Shown piece after piece: positions 40,686-49,290 of a stretch of DNA of 64,000 nt. Source of the DNA: a virus (Duplodnaviria > Heunggongvirae > Uroviricota > Caudoviricetes); the IMG/VR virus record IMGVR_UViG_3300037882_002341, positions 128,958 to 192,957 of that record; one strand, written 5' to 3'. Both the position numbers and the translations under genes were made by a program. The notes under the pieces are model-generated. The model made no database searches. It was not told the origin of the DNA and was given only the letters and a program-made list of their open reading frames with translations. Within the stretch, counting starts at the first letter, position 1. Each line of letters starts with the position of its first letter.

Positions 40686-41161
40686 TTTATCTTTATCTCA
40701 AATGTCAAGGCCACACTTTCTAAAGACACATTAGCCTCATTGAACATTAAGCTAGTAATCATCTGGTCCTGTTCCCATGCACCACTAGCACCAGAACCAA
40801 ATGTTCCGTCTGCATTGACCACAACTCTTGTAATTCCACTTTGGATAATAGATTTTGCACACTCTTTGCAAACAAATACCTTGTTACAGTATAGAGTTGC
40901 ACCAACTGGTCTTATTTGACAAAGATCAATAGCATTTCTCTCTGCATGAGCAACCAACTGATATTTCAATGGTCTATCTTTATATCTTTCTACTAAGTCT
41001 TCTACACCTCTAGGAAATCCATTAAAACCAGTTGACAGTACCTTATTGTCCTTTGTGAGGATAACTGCTCCGACCTTTGTACTAGGGTCCTTGCTCTTAA
41101 AAGAGACCACTTCAGCTAAAACAAGACCATATTCGTCCCACGTAAGAGCTCTATCAAGCAT
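40682..41161 (-). CDS. deoxycytidylate (dCMP) deaminase
   Basis: 159 aa; zinc motifs HAERNAI and CNKVFVCKECAK (PCxxC-type) with the allosteric-type spacing of phage/bacterial dCMP deaminases. Confidence 0.65.
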   Translation of the reverse strand: MLDRALTWDEYGLVLAEVVSFKSKDPSTKVGAVILTKDNKVLSTGFNGFPRGVEDLVERYKDRPLKYQLVAHAERNAIDLCQIRPVGATLYCNKVFVCKECAKSIIQSGITRVVVNADGTFGSGASGAWEQDQMITSLMFNEANVSLESVALTFEIKIK

Positions 41162-41723
41162 ATCTTCTCTCTAAATTTATATAATGGAAAAAGTCTTTTG
41201 CGCATTGTGCAAGATCATCTAATGTCCCATTATTAACAACTTCATGATCCCAGTCTTCCCAAGTATCCAGAGCCATATCAAATGAATCAGAAGAGTCACT
41301 TTCGATACCTGGTCTCTCGATCTTAATAAGTAGGCCATGATTTTCTCGAATATACGCAGCTTCATTGGGAAATCTCATATTAGTAATAATGGTGATCTGG
41401 TCGGGTGGCGAAGAAGCTATCAAACTCTTGATCATTGTGTCAGGATCAATTGATCTACACAAATTAGCTAAGCCCTTAGCTATAGTTCTAGGTGTTATAC
41501 CTTCTAGCTTTGCCAGATCTACATCTTTTTGTTCATAAAAAGAATTATAGTATTCTGCATTTCCAACACCAGCCCAGCCAAATAAGAGATTTGCAGCATT
41601 AAAAAGAGGATCTGATATTGATACCTTTCTTACTCTAACTCCATATTCCTTACACCTAAGCATAAGAAAATTAGCAAAGGTATCCTTACCCACATTTTTC
41701 TTATGGCCTAAACCTATAATCAT
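41154..41723 (-). CDS. deoxynucleoside monophosphate kinase (T4 gp1-like P-loop kinase)
   Basis: 189 aa; N-terminal MIIGLGHKKNVGKDTFANFL parallels T4 gp1 LIFLSGVKRSGKDTTADFI; coupled to the dCMP deaminase gene. Confidence 0.5.
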   Translation of the reverse strand: MIIGLGHKKNVGKDTFANFLMLRCKEYGVRVRKVSISDPLFNAANLLFGWAGVGNAEYYNSFYEQKDVDLAKLEGITPRTIAKGLANLCRSIDPDTMIKSLIASSPPDQITIITNMRFPNEAAYIRENHGLLIKIERPGIESDSSDSFDMALDTWEDWDHEVVNNGTLDDLAQCAKDFFHYINLERRYA

Positions 41724-41741
41724 CTCTCACCATTTCTTAAT

Positions 41742-41783
41742 GAAAAAGGCCAGGTCTTTCGACCTGGCCTTACCTCTTTTCAG
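41742..41783. terminator. bidirectional rho-independent terminator
   Basis: Perfect 9-bp stem GGCCAGGTC / GACCTGGCC with a TTTC loop, flanked by GAAAAA on one side and TTACCTCTTTTC on the other. Lies between the stop of 41840..43411 and the start of 41154..41723. Confidence 0.6.
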
Positions 41784-41839
41784 GGTTGCAGTCCCTTGGA
41801 ATAAGGCTCACCCTTCTGGTTTACACCAGCTTTCGTGCA

Positions 41840-43411
41840 CTACTTACGAATACGTTCTTTTACAAAATTACTAGCTTTGAGCTCTACTCTAGGAGAAGTG
41901 GACTCGGGTACATTGGCCGGAACAGTAATACCTTGTTCAGGTTCACAAAGATCAGAGAAATCCTTAACCGTTTCTTCAACAACAGAACCCTTACCCATTA
42001 GACTTGCAACACCTGCTGTTCCAAGACTTCTACCACGAAGAGAGTTATTAGATGCATAACGAAGAGAATTTCCTGTACTTACTTTATAAGATTGTGCAGT
42101 AAGGTCAGAACCAACTTGTGCACAATTCTGAAGAGCATGAGAAGCAAGAGCAGAACCTCTTGCTTCTAAATTCTTCCAATTAACTTCGACAGCACCACAA
42201 TAGACTTTTGCACCAGCCCAGTCTTGCAGATCAGCTTTAACAGAAGCTTCTAGATAAGCTTTGGCTGTTGTCAAAATAGCTAATTGCTCTGCAACAGTTA
42301 AATCAGATTCTTTATCAGCATCCTCTGCCTTAACATAAGAGACTTTAACAACTTCTTCTGTTTTATTAACAACTGCATCAATAACATTAAACCATGACAC
42401 AGTTAGACTTACAACAGTTGAGGCTCTTGGCTTAGCAGTGGGTACAGCAGGTAAGCTAAGCTTGATTAGAATATGTTTAGTTTCACCAGCATAGATATCA
42501 TCTACAGTAATAACCGCATTACCGTTAAGATCCTCGACCTTAAAATCATTAAGAATCTCAGAGACCTTAACGTCCTTATTAGGCTTAATGGTTAACTTGA
42601 TATTCTGCGCAACACAAGAAATAGCACCACCAAGCTCTTCAGCAAAAGCATCTCTAACCTGGTCAGCACTCTCAATATAATGATAGTTCCCACCACCTGC
42701 TTTTGCCATATCGGCCAAAAGTTCTTGATCTGCTGCATTGCCAAAACCAAAAGTACTAACTACAGTATTACTAGGTTTGGCAGAACAAATCTTAAGAAGA
42801 CCGTCTCTACTAAATTCTCCATGATTAGCATGACCATCGGTCATCAGGAGAATTCTTGTGGAACCAACAAAATCAGGTTTAACCTGTTCATAACCACTTA
42901 AAATACCACTTGAAGTATTTGTCATACTTCCAGGACGTATTTGAGAGATAGCAGCAAGAGCTAGATGCTTATTCTTAGCGTCTGTATTAGCACAAACAGT
43001 ATTACTAATACTATCAAAAGCTATAACGCTGATCCGATCCCCATCGTGAAGATACTCAACTAGCTTGTTGGCAACTTCCCTCATTACATATAGCTTAGTT
43101 TTGAAGTCATATGGGAATTTTGTATTTGATACCGATACGCCACTAACACAAGGTTCTCCCATTGAGCCAGATACATCAAGAACAAGTACGATCTGAACCG
43201 GTACTCTCTTATTAGCCTCTAGGCTAGGAGCGGTAACAGAAACCATAAGATGGTTTTCTTTAGCGACTGTGCGATCTACCTTTGAGAACTCCATACGTGT
43301 ACGAAACTGCAGACTATCAGACATTTGTTTTTCCTTATTAGGGTCTGTGAAGTCTATTATCCTTTCTGGTGGGCTCCTCAAGCCCCTACATACAGGAAAC
43401 AAGTACTTCAA
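41840..43411 (-). CDS. VWA-domain protein
   Basis: 523 aa; MIDAS VLVLDVSGSMG, further DGHANHG and TFGFG segments. Confidence 0.55.
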   Translation of the reverse strand: MKYLFPVCRGLRSPPERIIDFTDPNKEKQMSDSLQFRTRMEFSKVDRTVAKENHLMVSVTAPSLEANKRVPVQIVLVLDVSGSMGEPCVSGVSVSNTKFPYDFKTKLYVMREVANKLVEYLHDGDRISVIAFDSISNTVCANTDAKNKHLALAAISQIRPGSMTNTSSGILSGYEQVKPDFVGSTRILLMTDGHANHGEFSRDGLLKICSAKPSNTVVSTFGFGNAADQELLADMAKAGGGNYHYIESADQVRDAFAEELGGAISCVAQNIKLTIKPNKDVKVSEILNDFKVEDLNGNAVITVDDIYAGETKHILIKLSLPAVPTAKPRASTVVSLTVSWFNVIDAVVNKTEEVVKVSYVKAEDADKESDLTVAEQLAILTTAKAYLEASVKADLQDWAGAKVYCGAVEVNWKNLEARGSALASHALQNCAQVGSDLTAQSYKVSTGNSLRYASNNSLRGRSLGTAGVASLMGKGSVVEETVKDFSDLCEPEQGITVPANVPESTSPRVELKASNFVKERIRK

Positions 43412-43518
43412 AATTGAGAATTCAATATGCCGATGTGACTTACGTCCTAATCGGCCAGCTGAGGTTATGTCCTGTGGCTAAACCCTAAGGATCATAATAA
43501 TTGGATCTTATCCAACTA

Positions 43519-43537
43519 CTTAAAGATTGTCAAAGAC
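43519..43537. other. perfect 8-bp hairpin (AGATTGTC AAA GACAATCT)
   Basis: Seen directly; sits between the VWA gene start region and the tRNA block. Confidence 0.4.
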
Positions 43538-43560
43538 AATCTAAAATTCTTGAGAAGCGG

Positions 43561-43597
43561 GGTGGCACACGTATCCGGTGCACCACCCCTTTTTCAC
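43561..43597 (+). terminator. hairpin followed by T-tract (plus-strand orientation)
   Basis: GGTGGCAC ... GTGCACCACC stem with one bulge, followed by CCTTTTTC. No plus-strand gene is evident upstream, so its role is uncertain. Confidence 0.3.
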
Positions 43598-43660
43598 GAA
43601 ATAACATTCGTAAACTCTTTTAATAGATTTGTATCCCTAACTTATTCTGACATGGTCTTA

Positions 43661-43762
43661 TTTACATAAGCTTGCTCTACCACTGAGCTACAGGTCCGCA
43701 AAAAGATTTATACCAAGAAACCACTTTGAGGACCCGGGTGGATTTGAACCACCGACCAGCTT
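43661..43762 (-). tRNA. circularly permuted (split) tRNA-like gene with its 3' half upstream of its 5' half; candidate anticodon GUA
   Basis: The minus strand at 43762->43729 reads AAGCT-GGTC-GGTGG-TTCAAAT-CCACC-CGGGTCC-T, which is anticodon-stem 3' strand, variable loop, T-arm, acceptor 3' strand and discriminator. After a 31-nt linker, 43697->43661 reads GGACCTG-TA-GCTC-AGTGGTA-GAGC-A-AGCTT-ATGTAAA, which is acceptor 5' strand, D-arm, anticodon-stem 5' strand and a 7-nt loop. The acceptor strands pair 7/7 with one G-U, and the anticodon-stem strands pair 5/5, but only between the two pieces. Confidence 0.45.
43706..43715 (-). promoter_or_regulatory. extended -10-like element (TGGTATAAAT) inside the linker of the permuted tRNA
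   Basis: The minus strand reads TGGTATAAAT, with 9 nt (TCTTTTTGC) between the TATAAA hexamer and G1 of the tRNA 5' half. Confidence 0.3.
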
Positions 43763-43904
43763 TATAACCTGTCTTGTCTGGGAAACCTATTTTAGATTGT
43801 TTAGCCTCTGTGCGATAACCTAATTTTAAGGTTTTCGCCTTGCATTAAGCAAGGCTACAGCGTTTAACCTGAGTTTGAGACTAAACCTAGCTTCTCGAAG
43901 AAAA

Positions 43905-44675
43905 TTAGGATAGAGGATAAAGGATGTAATCCTTCATAGGACCAAAGATACGTTTCTGTTCAATTGCATGGCAGTTAGCGCGTGCTCTAGCTTCAACAAC
44001 GGCGTTCTTAAGCTTAATAGCTCTCTCAATAAGTTCAGACTTCTGATGTGTAGTGGGGAGACTAGTCCACTGATACTTAGTAACATTACCAACAACTACA
44101 TCCTTAACCTGCTTAACCACCTGAGCAGCATGTTCTTTAGTAGCAGGAACAACCGTAAGGAACTCCTCAATCTTCGAGGTTCTATGCCTCACGATGGGAC
44201 TAGCCTGAAGAACATTAGCTCCCATACTGTTATCAGGAGCAAATCCCATTGCAGGATCAGCTGTAGGAATGCTCTCAATGAGCTTAATAATCTGATTGAA
44301 TCGCTTTTCAAGATGAACAAGGAAGGTAGAGGGAACTCCTGTAGCGAATACCTCTCCATCAACAACAATATCTGCTTTAGCTTCACAGTTAGCAAGATCA
44401 ATAGTATGCAGAAGATCAATAGTTTCCGCAAACTTATTAAAAATAAAGCCAGCTTCCTTAGCAACAGTCGTTACTAAAGGAGTTTCATCTTCAACAACAG
44501 GCTGAGCTAACTCTCCCTCTTTCTCACTGTTAGGAGTAAATACAGTCTTACTCTTCTTAAAGAGCTGATGCTTATCCTTAAAGGTGCTCATATGCTCCTT
44601 TAACAGAGCATCAATCTCACCCTCTTTAGTGGTCTTAACAGCGAGAAGTTCATGAAGCTTACTACTCTTTGCCAT
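43905..44675 (-). CDS. hypothetical protein
   Basis: 256 aa. Confidence 0.4.
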   Translation of the reverse strand: MAKSSKLHELLAVKTTKEGEIDALLKEHMSTFKDKHQLFKKSKTVFTPNSEKEGELAQPVVEDETPLVTTVAKEAGFIFNKFAETIDLLHTIDLANCEAKADIVVDGEVFATGVPSTFLVHLEKRFNQIIKLIESIPTADPAMGFAPDNSMGANVLQASPIVRHRTSKIEEFLTVVPATKEHAAQVVKQVKDVVVGNVTKYQWTSLPTTHQKSELIERAIKLKNAVVEARARANCHAIEQKRIFGPMKDYILYPLS

Positions 44676-44781
44676 GTCTATCTTCCTTTTCTTAATTTTC
44701 TAACAACTTCATAAATAGTTATAAAAAGAAGTATTGCCCAAGCAATAACTCCTAGACCAATAACAACATAGAAGGGATCTA

Positions 44782-45807
44782 TTATTTTGAAATCTCCTTT
44801 AGATCAAGAAGCATGGTAGGCGAACCGGACATCACAACACCTGGAACTGTACCAGCCCACTTCTGAATCTGATGAAGTTGAAGGACTCGTGCTCCGTCTG
44901 TCCCAGACAGAGATTCTGCAAGACGCAAGTTTGCATTTGCCTCTGCCGTAGAAGTTGCGGTGCGGTAGTAGGCATCTGTATCAGCTTTTGCCGTAAACGT
45001 TACGGTACGGTGATAAGCTTCTGCATCAGCCTTAAGTCGCTGAGCATCTGCAGCACCACGCGCTGCCTCAATTGCGGCGTCTGCTACGCCTGCTGCTTGA
45101 GCTTTAGTAATTTCTGCCTGTTTCTCTGCTGACTGAAGCTCATACGTCTTCTGAAGAGCACGCTGTTCCTGAACCTGTTTTTCTTCAATTGCTTTTGTAT
45201 AATCATCAGAGAAGTCAATATTCCGCATACTAACTTCAACAAGCGCAATACCGTATTTCCCCAACCATTCTGCTATATCAGCCTGAATTGCATCTTTAAT
45301 TGAAGCCCGATTCTGAAGAATCTCAGAGGCATTGTGGTTTGCCATTTCGGCTTTAGCCACTTCCTGTTCCGCATTCGGTATAATAACAGAAGCCCAGTCA
45401 ATACCGATTTCACGGTAAATACGCGGAGCCGTTGCTGCAGTAAGACGGTAGTTTGAGCCAAGGATAAGATTTACTTCCTGTAAATCCTTTGAAGCTGCAG
45501 CAAGATTATCTTCACGAGCTTGGACCTGCACATTCATCTTAACAACATTAACAAGTGGATTGATGAAATGTGCACCAGCCTCAAGTGGAGTGTCTTCTAC
45601 ATCGCCAAAAAGCACCACAACACCGACATGACCAGCTGGAACAGTGGTCCAGCTTGCTATAGTGACAAGTACGATAGGTGCGATTGAGCCCACACCGTAA
45701 AAAATCTTACCGCCGATACGCTCGGCCGGATCCTTTGATCCAGTTAACTTTTTCCCAACAGGAAAACAAATAGCAACTAACAAAAGAGCAACTATCAGTA
45801 AGATCAT
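44782..45807 (-). CDS. SPFH/band-7 family membrane protein (HflC/prohibitin-like)
   Basis: 341 aa; N-terminal TM helix MILLIVALLLVAICF, SPFH core, Ala/Glu/Gln-rich coiled-coil C-terminus. Confidence 0.6.
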   Translation of the reverse strand: MILLIVALLLVAICFPVGKKLTGSKDPAERIGGKIFYGVGSIAPIVLVTIASWTTVPAGHVGVVVLFGDVEDTPLEAGAHFINPLVNVVKMNVQVQAREDNLAAASKDLQEVNLILGSNYRLTAATAPRIYREIGIDWASVIIPNAEQEVAKAEMANHNASEILQNRASIKDAIQADIAEWLGKYGIALVEVSMRNIDFSDDYTKAIEEKQVQEQRALQKTYELQSAEKQAEITKAQAAGVADAAIEAARGAADAQRLKADAEAYHRTVTFTAKADTDAYYRTATSTAEANANLRLAESLSGTDGARVLQLHQIQKWAGTVPGVVMSGSPTMLLDLKEISK

Positions 45808-45935
45808 GAATTTTTCCTTGTCCCAAAGAAAATAAGCAAACCGCCAATAACTAAAATTGTCCAGTAACTAAACATAAATAGTAAAGGATTATGAATAATC
45901 CACTCAGCCATTTTCATTATTCCTTTACACCAATA

Positions 45936-45980
45936 CAAAATAAAATAAGCCCACTGGTCGTGAAACCAGCAGGCTTATTT
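45936..45980 (-). terminator. rho-independent terminator (minus strand)
   Basis: Minus-strand nested hairpin AAGCC-TG-CTGGT-TTCACG-ACCAG-TG-GGCTT followed by ATTTTATTTT, immediately 3' of the tRNA-like element at 45987..46018. Confidence 0.55.
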
Positions 45981-45986
45981 TATAGA

Positions 45987-46018
45987 TGGTGGACCCGGGG
46001 GGTATCGAACCCCCGTCC
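45987..46018 (-). other. orphan tRNA 3'-end-like minihelix (GGAC / T-arm / CGG-GTCC-A-CCA)
   Basis: The minus strand reads GGAC-GGGGG-TTCGATA-CCCCC-CGGGTCC-A-CCA. It has a T-arm, an acceptor 3' strand and an encoded CCA. No canonical 5' half lies upstream; only a 4-nt GGAC can pair with GTCC. Confidence 0.4.
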
Positions 46019-46426
46019 TGAGTTCTTTCTAATTATCTTACTACACGTTTATCTACTTTTAAGTTGTAGCAAACTTGGGGTGTAGAACACCTCCACCAGG
46101 ATCTTTAATGTCATATCCAAGACATACTGCATTTAAGACATACCCACACTTGTATCCATGGTAGGGGTCACCACGTGTTCCCGAAGGAACAAGTCCAATT
46201 AGGCACAGAGAGCGAGCTTAGACGAGCGATAGTCGCTCATCTTGAACACAGGGGTGTTACCACCCCAGCTTGCAGCAAACTCACTGGCGGTCATCGGAGC
46301 CACATCCTTGATGTTGGCAGATAGTTTTCCCTATCATTTTTAACGTGGCCAAGATAGGATCCACGACGTGCAAGATAAATCGAACAGAACCAGTCGATTC
46401 CAGTCGGGCCCTTTATTTCAAAGAAG

Positions 46427-47152
46427 CTAAACAGGCGACACTTCTTTACTTGCCATATAGTTTATCCTATCGGATAATAAGTTGGCAAGAGAAGAAATAA
46501 AAGCATTTTCTAGACCACCTCTTACAACTATAGCATCAAGTAAGTTTCTAGATTCTCTAAGATATACTGCGTCTTTTCCCCAAGCAAATGAATCAGTTTC
46601 AGGCCAGGAAAATAGATTATGTATTCTATCCACTAGCTTTATTAGCTTAACCTTTATACCTACGCTGCATATTCTTATTCTTTCAATCTCTTTCCTATCT
46701 TTTCTATTTAGTCGTATATACCATTTTCCGCTTGGTTTAGTGCAATGATAAATAGTCTCAAAACATTCGAATCCAAACTTGTCTAGTATAATCTCTGCCC
46801 ACTCAGGATCACAATCTTCTATTACATCATGCAATAAAGCAGAAATAACCAAGTAACTTAGTGACTTCTGTTCAAATGCGCTAAGAGGAGGACTATTTGT
46901 TCCTTGTACCAGGATTTCATATACACCAATAGCAACAGCTACTGGGTGTAATGCATAAGGAGTATTAGAAGTAAGATCACCTTTATCTCTAAATTGACCC
47001 CTATGTGCCTCAATGCATAATTCTAGAGCTTCAGAAGTATTCTCTAAAAGAGTTAATGGAAGTCTTTCTCTAGCAAGACTTCTAATATCTTCTTCATTAT
47101 CTATAGCTATTAGTTGAGTCCAAGGTAGTTTATAGAAGTTACTCATATTCAC
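46427..47152 (-). CDS. HD-domain (p)ppGpp hydrolase, SpoT/Mesh1-like small alarmone hydrolase
   Basis: 241 aa; ALELCIEAHRGQFRDKGDL ... PYALHPVAVAIGV ... ALLHDVIEDCD matches the RelA/SpoT HD hydrolase signature. Confidence 0.6.
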   Translation of the reverse strand: MNMSNFYKLPWTQLIAIDNEEDIRSLARERLPLTLLENTSEALELCIEAHRGQFRDKGDLTSNTPYALHPVAVAIGVYEILVQGTNSPPLSAFEQKSLSYLVISALLHDVIEDCDPEWAEIILDKFGFECFETIYHCTKPSGKWYIRLNRKDRKEIERIRICSVGIKVKLIKLVDRIHNLFSWPETDSFAWGKDAVYLRESRNLLDAIVVRGGLENAFISSLANLLSDRINYMASKEVSPV

Positions 47153-47696
47153 TTACTTGCTTAAGAATAAATCTATAAGTTTCTCTATGCTGTATATCTA
47201 TATTCTTATTATCTGGATTCATAAGTATCTGAAAATCTGTTGAGCACTTTAGATTCGTATAAGAGAAATCTCCCTTCGATTTCTCATTCTCCAATAACCA
47301 TCCAAGTACAGCAGATCTTATTACAGGTATATCTTCTTTATTGCGTGCAAAATTTCCATTACTATTTTGATAGCTATCTTCTGCAATAAGACAGATCACA
47401 GTTTTCTTAAAGAATCCAGTTAAAGCAGCAAAAAGCTCTGTTTTAACTTTATCTGGATCACCTTCCCATGTTCCCTTCCAAAGTAGAACACTAGGGTGAT
47501 CAACAGCTAATCTACTAATTAATCTAACATGGGTTCCTTTCTTAGTGAAAGGATACTTCTCAGTGTTGGCATAAAAAACGAGGACAACACGAACAATCTT
47601 GGTGTTTTCTTCATAGTCTATACCAATACCACAATTCAGATACATATGTCTATGTTTATCTAAGGGGATAGAACCCCAAGCAGCTAAAGATCTCAT
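47139..47696 (-). CDS. hypothetical protein
   Basis: 185 aa; lies between the HD hydrolase and tRNA-Arg. Confidence 0.4.
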   Translation of the reverse strand: MRSLAAWGSIPLDKHRHMYLNCGIGIDYEENTKIVRVVLVFYANTEKYPFTKKGTHVRLISRLAVDHPSVLLWKGTWEGDPDKVKTELFAALTGFFKKTVICLIAEDSYQNSNGNFARNKEDIPVIRSAVLGWLLENEKSKGDFSYTNLKCSTDFQILMNPDNKNIDIQHRETYRFILKQVSEYE

Positions 47697-47717
47697 CAGG
47701 ACCTCGCTTTAAAATGA

Positions 47718-47792
47718 TGGTGCCCTTAGTAGGATTTGAACCTACAAAAACAGCTTAGAAGGCTGTCGTTTTTCCAATTAGACTATAAGGGC
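47718..47792 (-). tRNA. tRNA-Arg (anticodon UCU), CCA encoded
   Basis: Cloverleaf: acceptor GCCCTTA/TAAGGGC 7/7, D-arm GTCT-AATTGGAA-AAAC, anticodon arm ACAGC-CTTCTAA-GCTGT, T-arm GTAGG-TTCAAAT-CCTAC, discriminator A and CCA; 75 nt. Confidence 0.8.
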
Positions 47793-47799
47793 AATAGAT

Positions 47800-49290
47800 T
47801 TAGTTAGCTAATAATCTCTCTCTAATTTCACCAAGAGTACATTCACGTACCATGATTCCATTACTATAAACAAGTTTAAGTAAACCACCAGGTTCTTCTT
47901 CAAGTGAGCATTGATCTATGACAAAGAAGTTTCCTTCATCATCCTGTTCTACACAGAGTAAACCGGTTGCGGATTTCTTGTCACCATTATCAGTAATTGG
48001 ATCTTTACTAAGATTTCTTTGTTCACCATTAACAATACCAAAGGTGGTCTTAATGGCAAATCCATGTGTATCTCTAGTTACATATTGATATGTATAACTA
48101 CCGATACCAAGAACTATATTACTAGAACAGAATCCCTTTAACATAAGCCCATGTAAAATGTCTTCTGCTCTAGTATAGTTTATGGCATCGCCATATATTA
48201 GACCAACTCTTGGATTCAGAACACGGAACCCTGCTGAATTAACCGCCCCACCAAAAGTTTCCCAGAGACACTGTATAGCCCCTTTAAAAGCGGGACTACC
48301 GGGTTCTGCACCGGAATCACCAAGGACTATTTTAACAGGATCTCCAGAATCGGGTCTAAAGACTACTTTAGCAAAACCTAATTCATTAGGTTTTCTTGCC
48401 AAAATCTCTTCTCTTAAAATATTAGCTGTACTAGTAATAACATTCCAGAAATTCCAGGTGTCGGAAACAATAGAAACAATACCTGTAGGGTTAACCTTAG
48501 TAATAATCCTACGGATAGTTTCTATTTCATTGTTTCTCTCTCCCATGCACATAACAGAATGTTCTGTTGCGGGTACACTTCCACCTATAAACTGAGTTCT
48601 TCCATAGTAGTAGTCTTCTAGATAATCTATAGCAGGAATAGTATCTGTACCAAGGAAGGAAAGCAAGTGTGCTGCGCCGGATTTTGCAGCATCCTCAATA
48701 CCACTCATGCCACGGAAACTAAAGTCATGTCCCTGAAAAGGAACAAATTCTTTAGAACCACCAGTCAAGTTTGCATAGTGATCAAAGAGTAATCTAAATT
48801 TATAGGCAGTTGTTGCACTGGTCGTCATTTTCCAGAGTTCTGCAGAAAGAGCAGTCTCTAGATAATTAACTAACCAGTAGAAATCAGAATGAGTATTATG
48901 AATAGTAAAGAGAGGAACATTAATGTTAACTCGAGAGCCTTCGGGTAATGCAGAAATAGAGATAGGTAGATAACCAAGCTTATGTAAAGCAAGGATATGA
49001 TCTACCTTAACTACTCCTTGACCAAGACTGGAATTCATTCTTCTAAGATAGCGATCTCTTATGTCCTGTGCGGGTAATGCAAAGAACTCTTTTCCCCATT
49101 TATCTATTAAGAGATCCTTTATTACACCTTGCAATCCAAAGAAAACAACTTTATCTCCCAATAGACCAGGATCAGAGTGTCTATTGGATCTAGGAGTAAA
49201 GTTTGAGTAGACGAATTGCGTTCCATCTGGATACTGATAGATATGTCCAGACTTATAGAAATCAATAGCACTTTCAGGACGAATTCTCAT
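47800..49290 (-). CDS. nadV: nicotinamide phosphoribosyltransferase (NAMPT/NadV)
   Basis: 496 aa; N-terminal [25 protein letters not shown] parallels NAMPT [33 protein letters not shown] ... [10 protein letters not shown] and [11 protein letters not shown] match NAMPT active-site segments. Confidence 0.75.
   Translation of the reverse strand: [496 protein letters not shown]

Noticed and set aside
43661-43762. Reading the locus as two ordinary tandem tRNA genes
   Set aside because: The upstream unit has no 5' acceptor strand, D-arm or anticodon 5' strand in the canonical position. The downstream unit has no anticodon 3' strand, T-arm or 3' acceptor strand. The complementarities exist only between the two units, so a permuted or split arrangement fits the sequence better.
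43821-43859. Hairpin GCCTTGC-ATTAA-GCAAGGC as a terminator
   Set aside because: No convincing U-tract follows it on either strand. Noted as a stable hairpin only.
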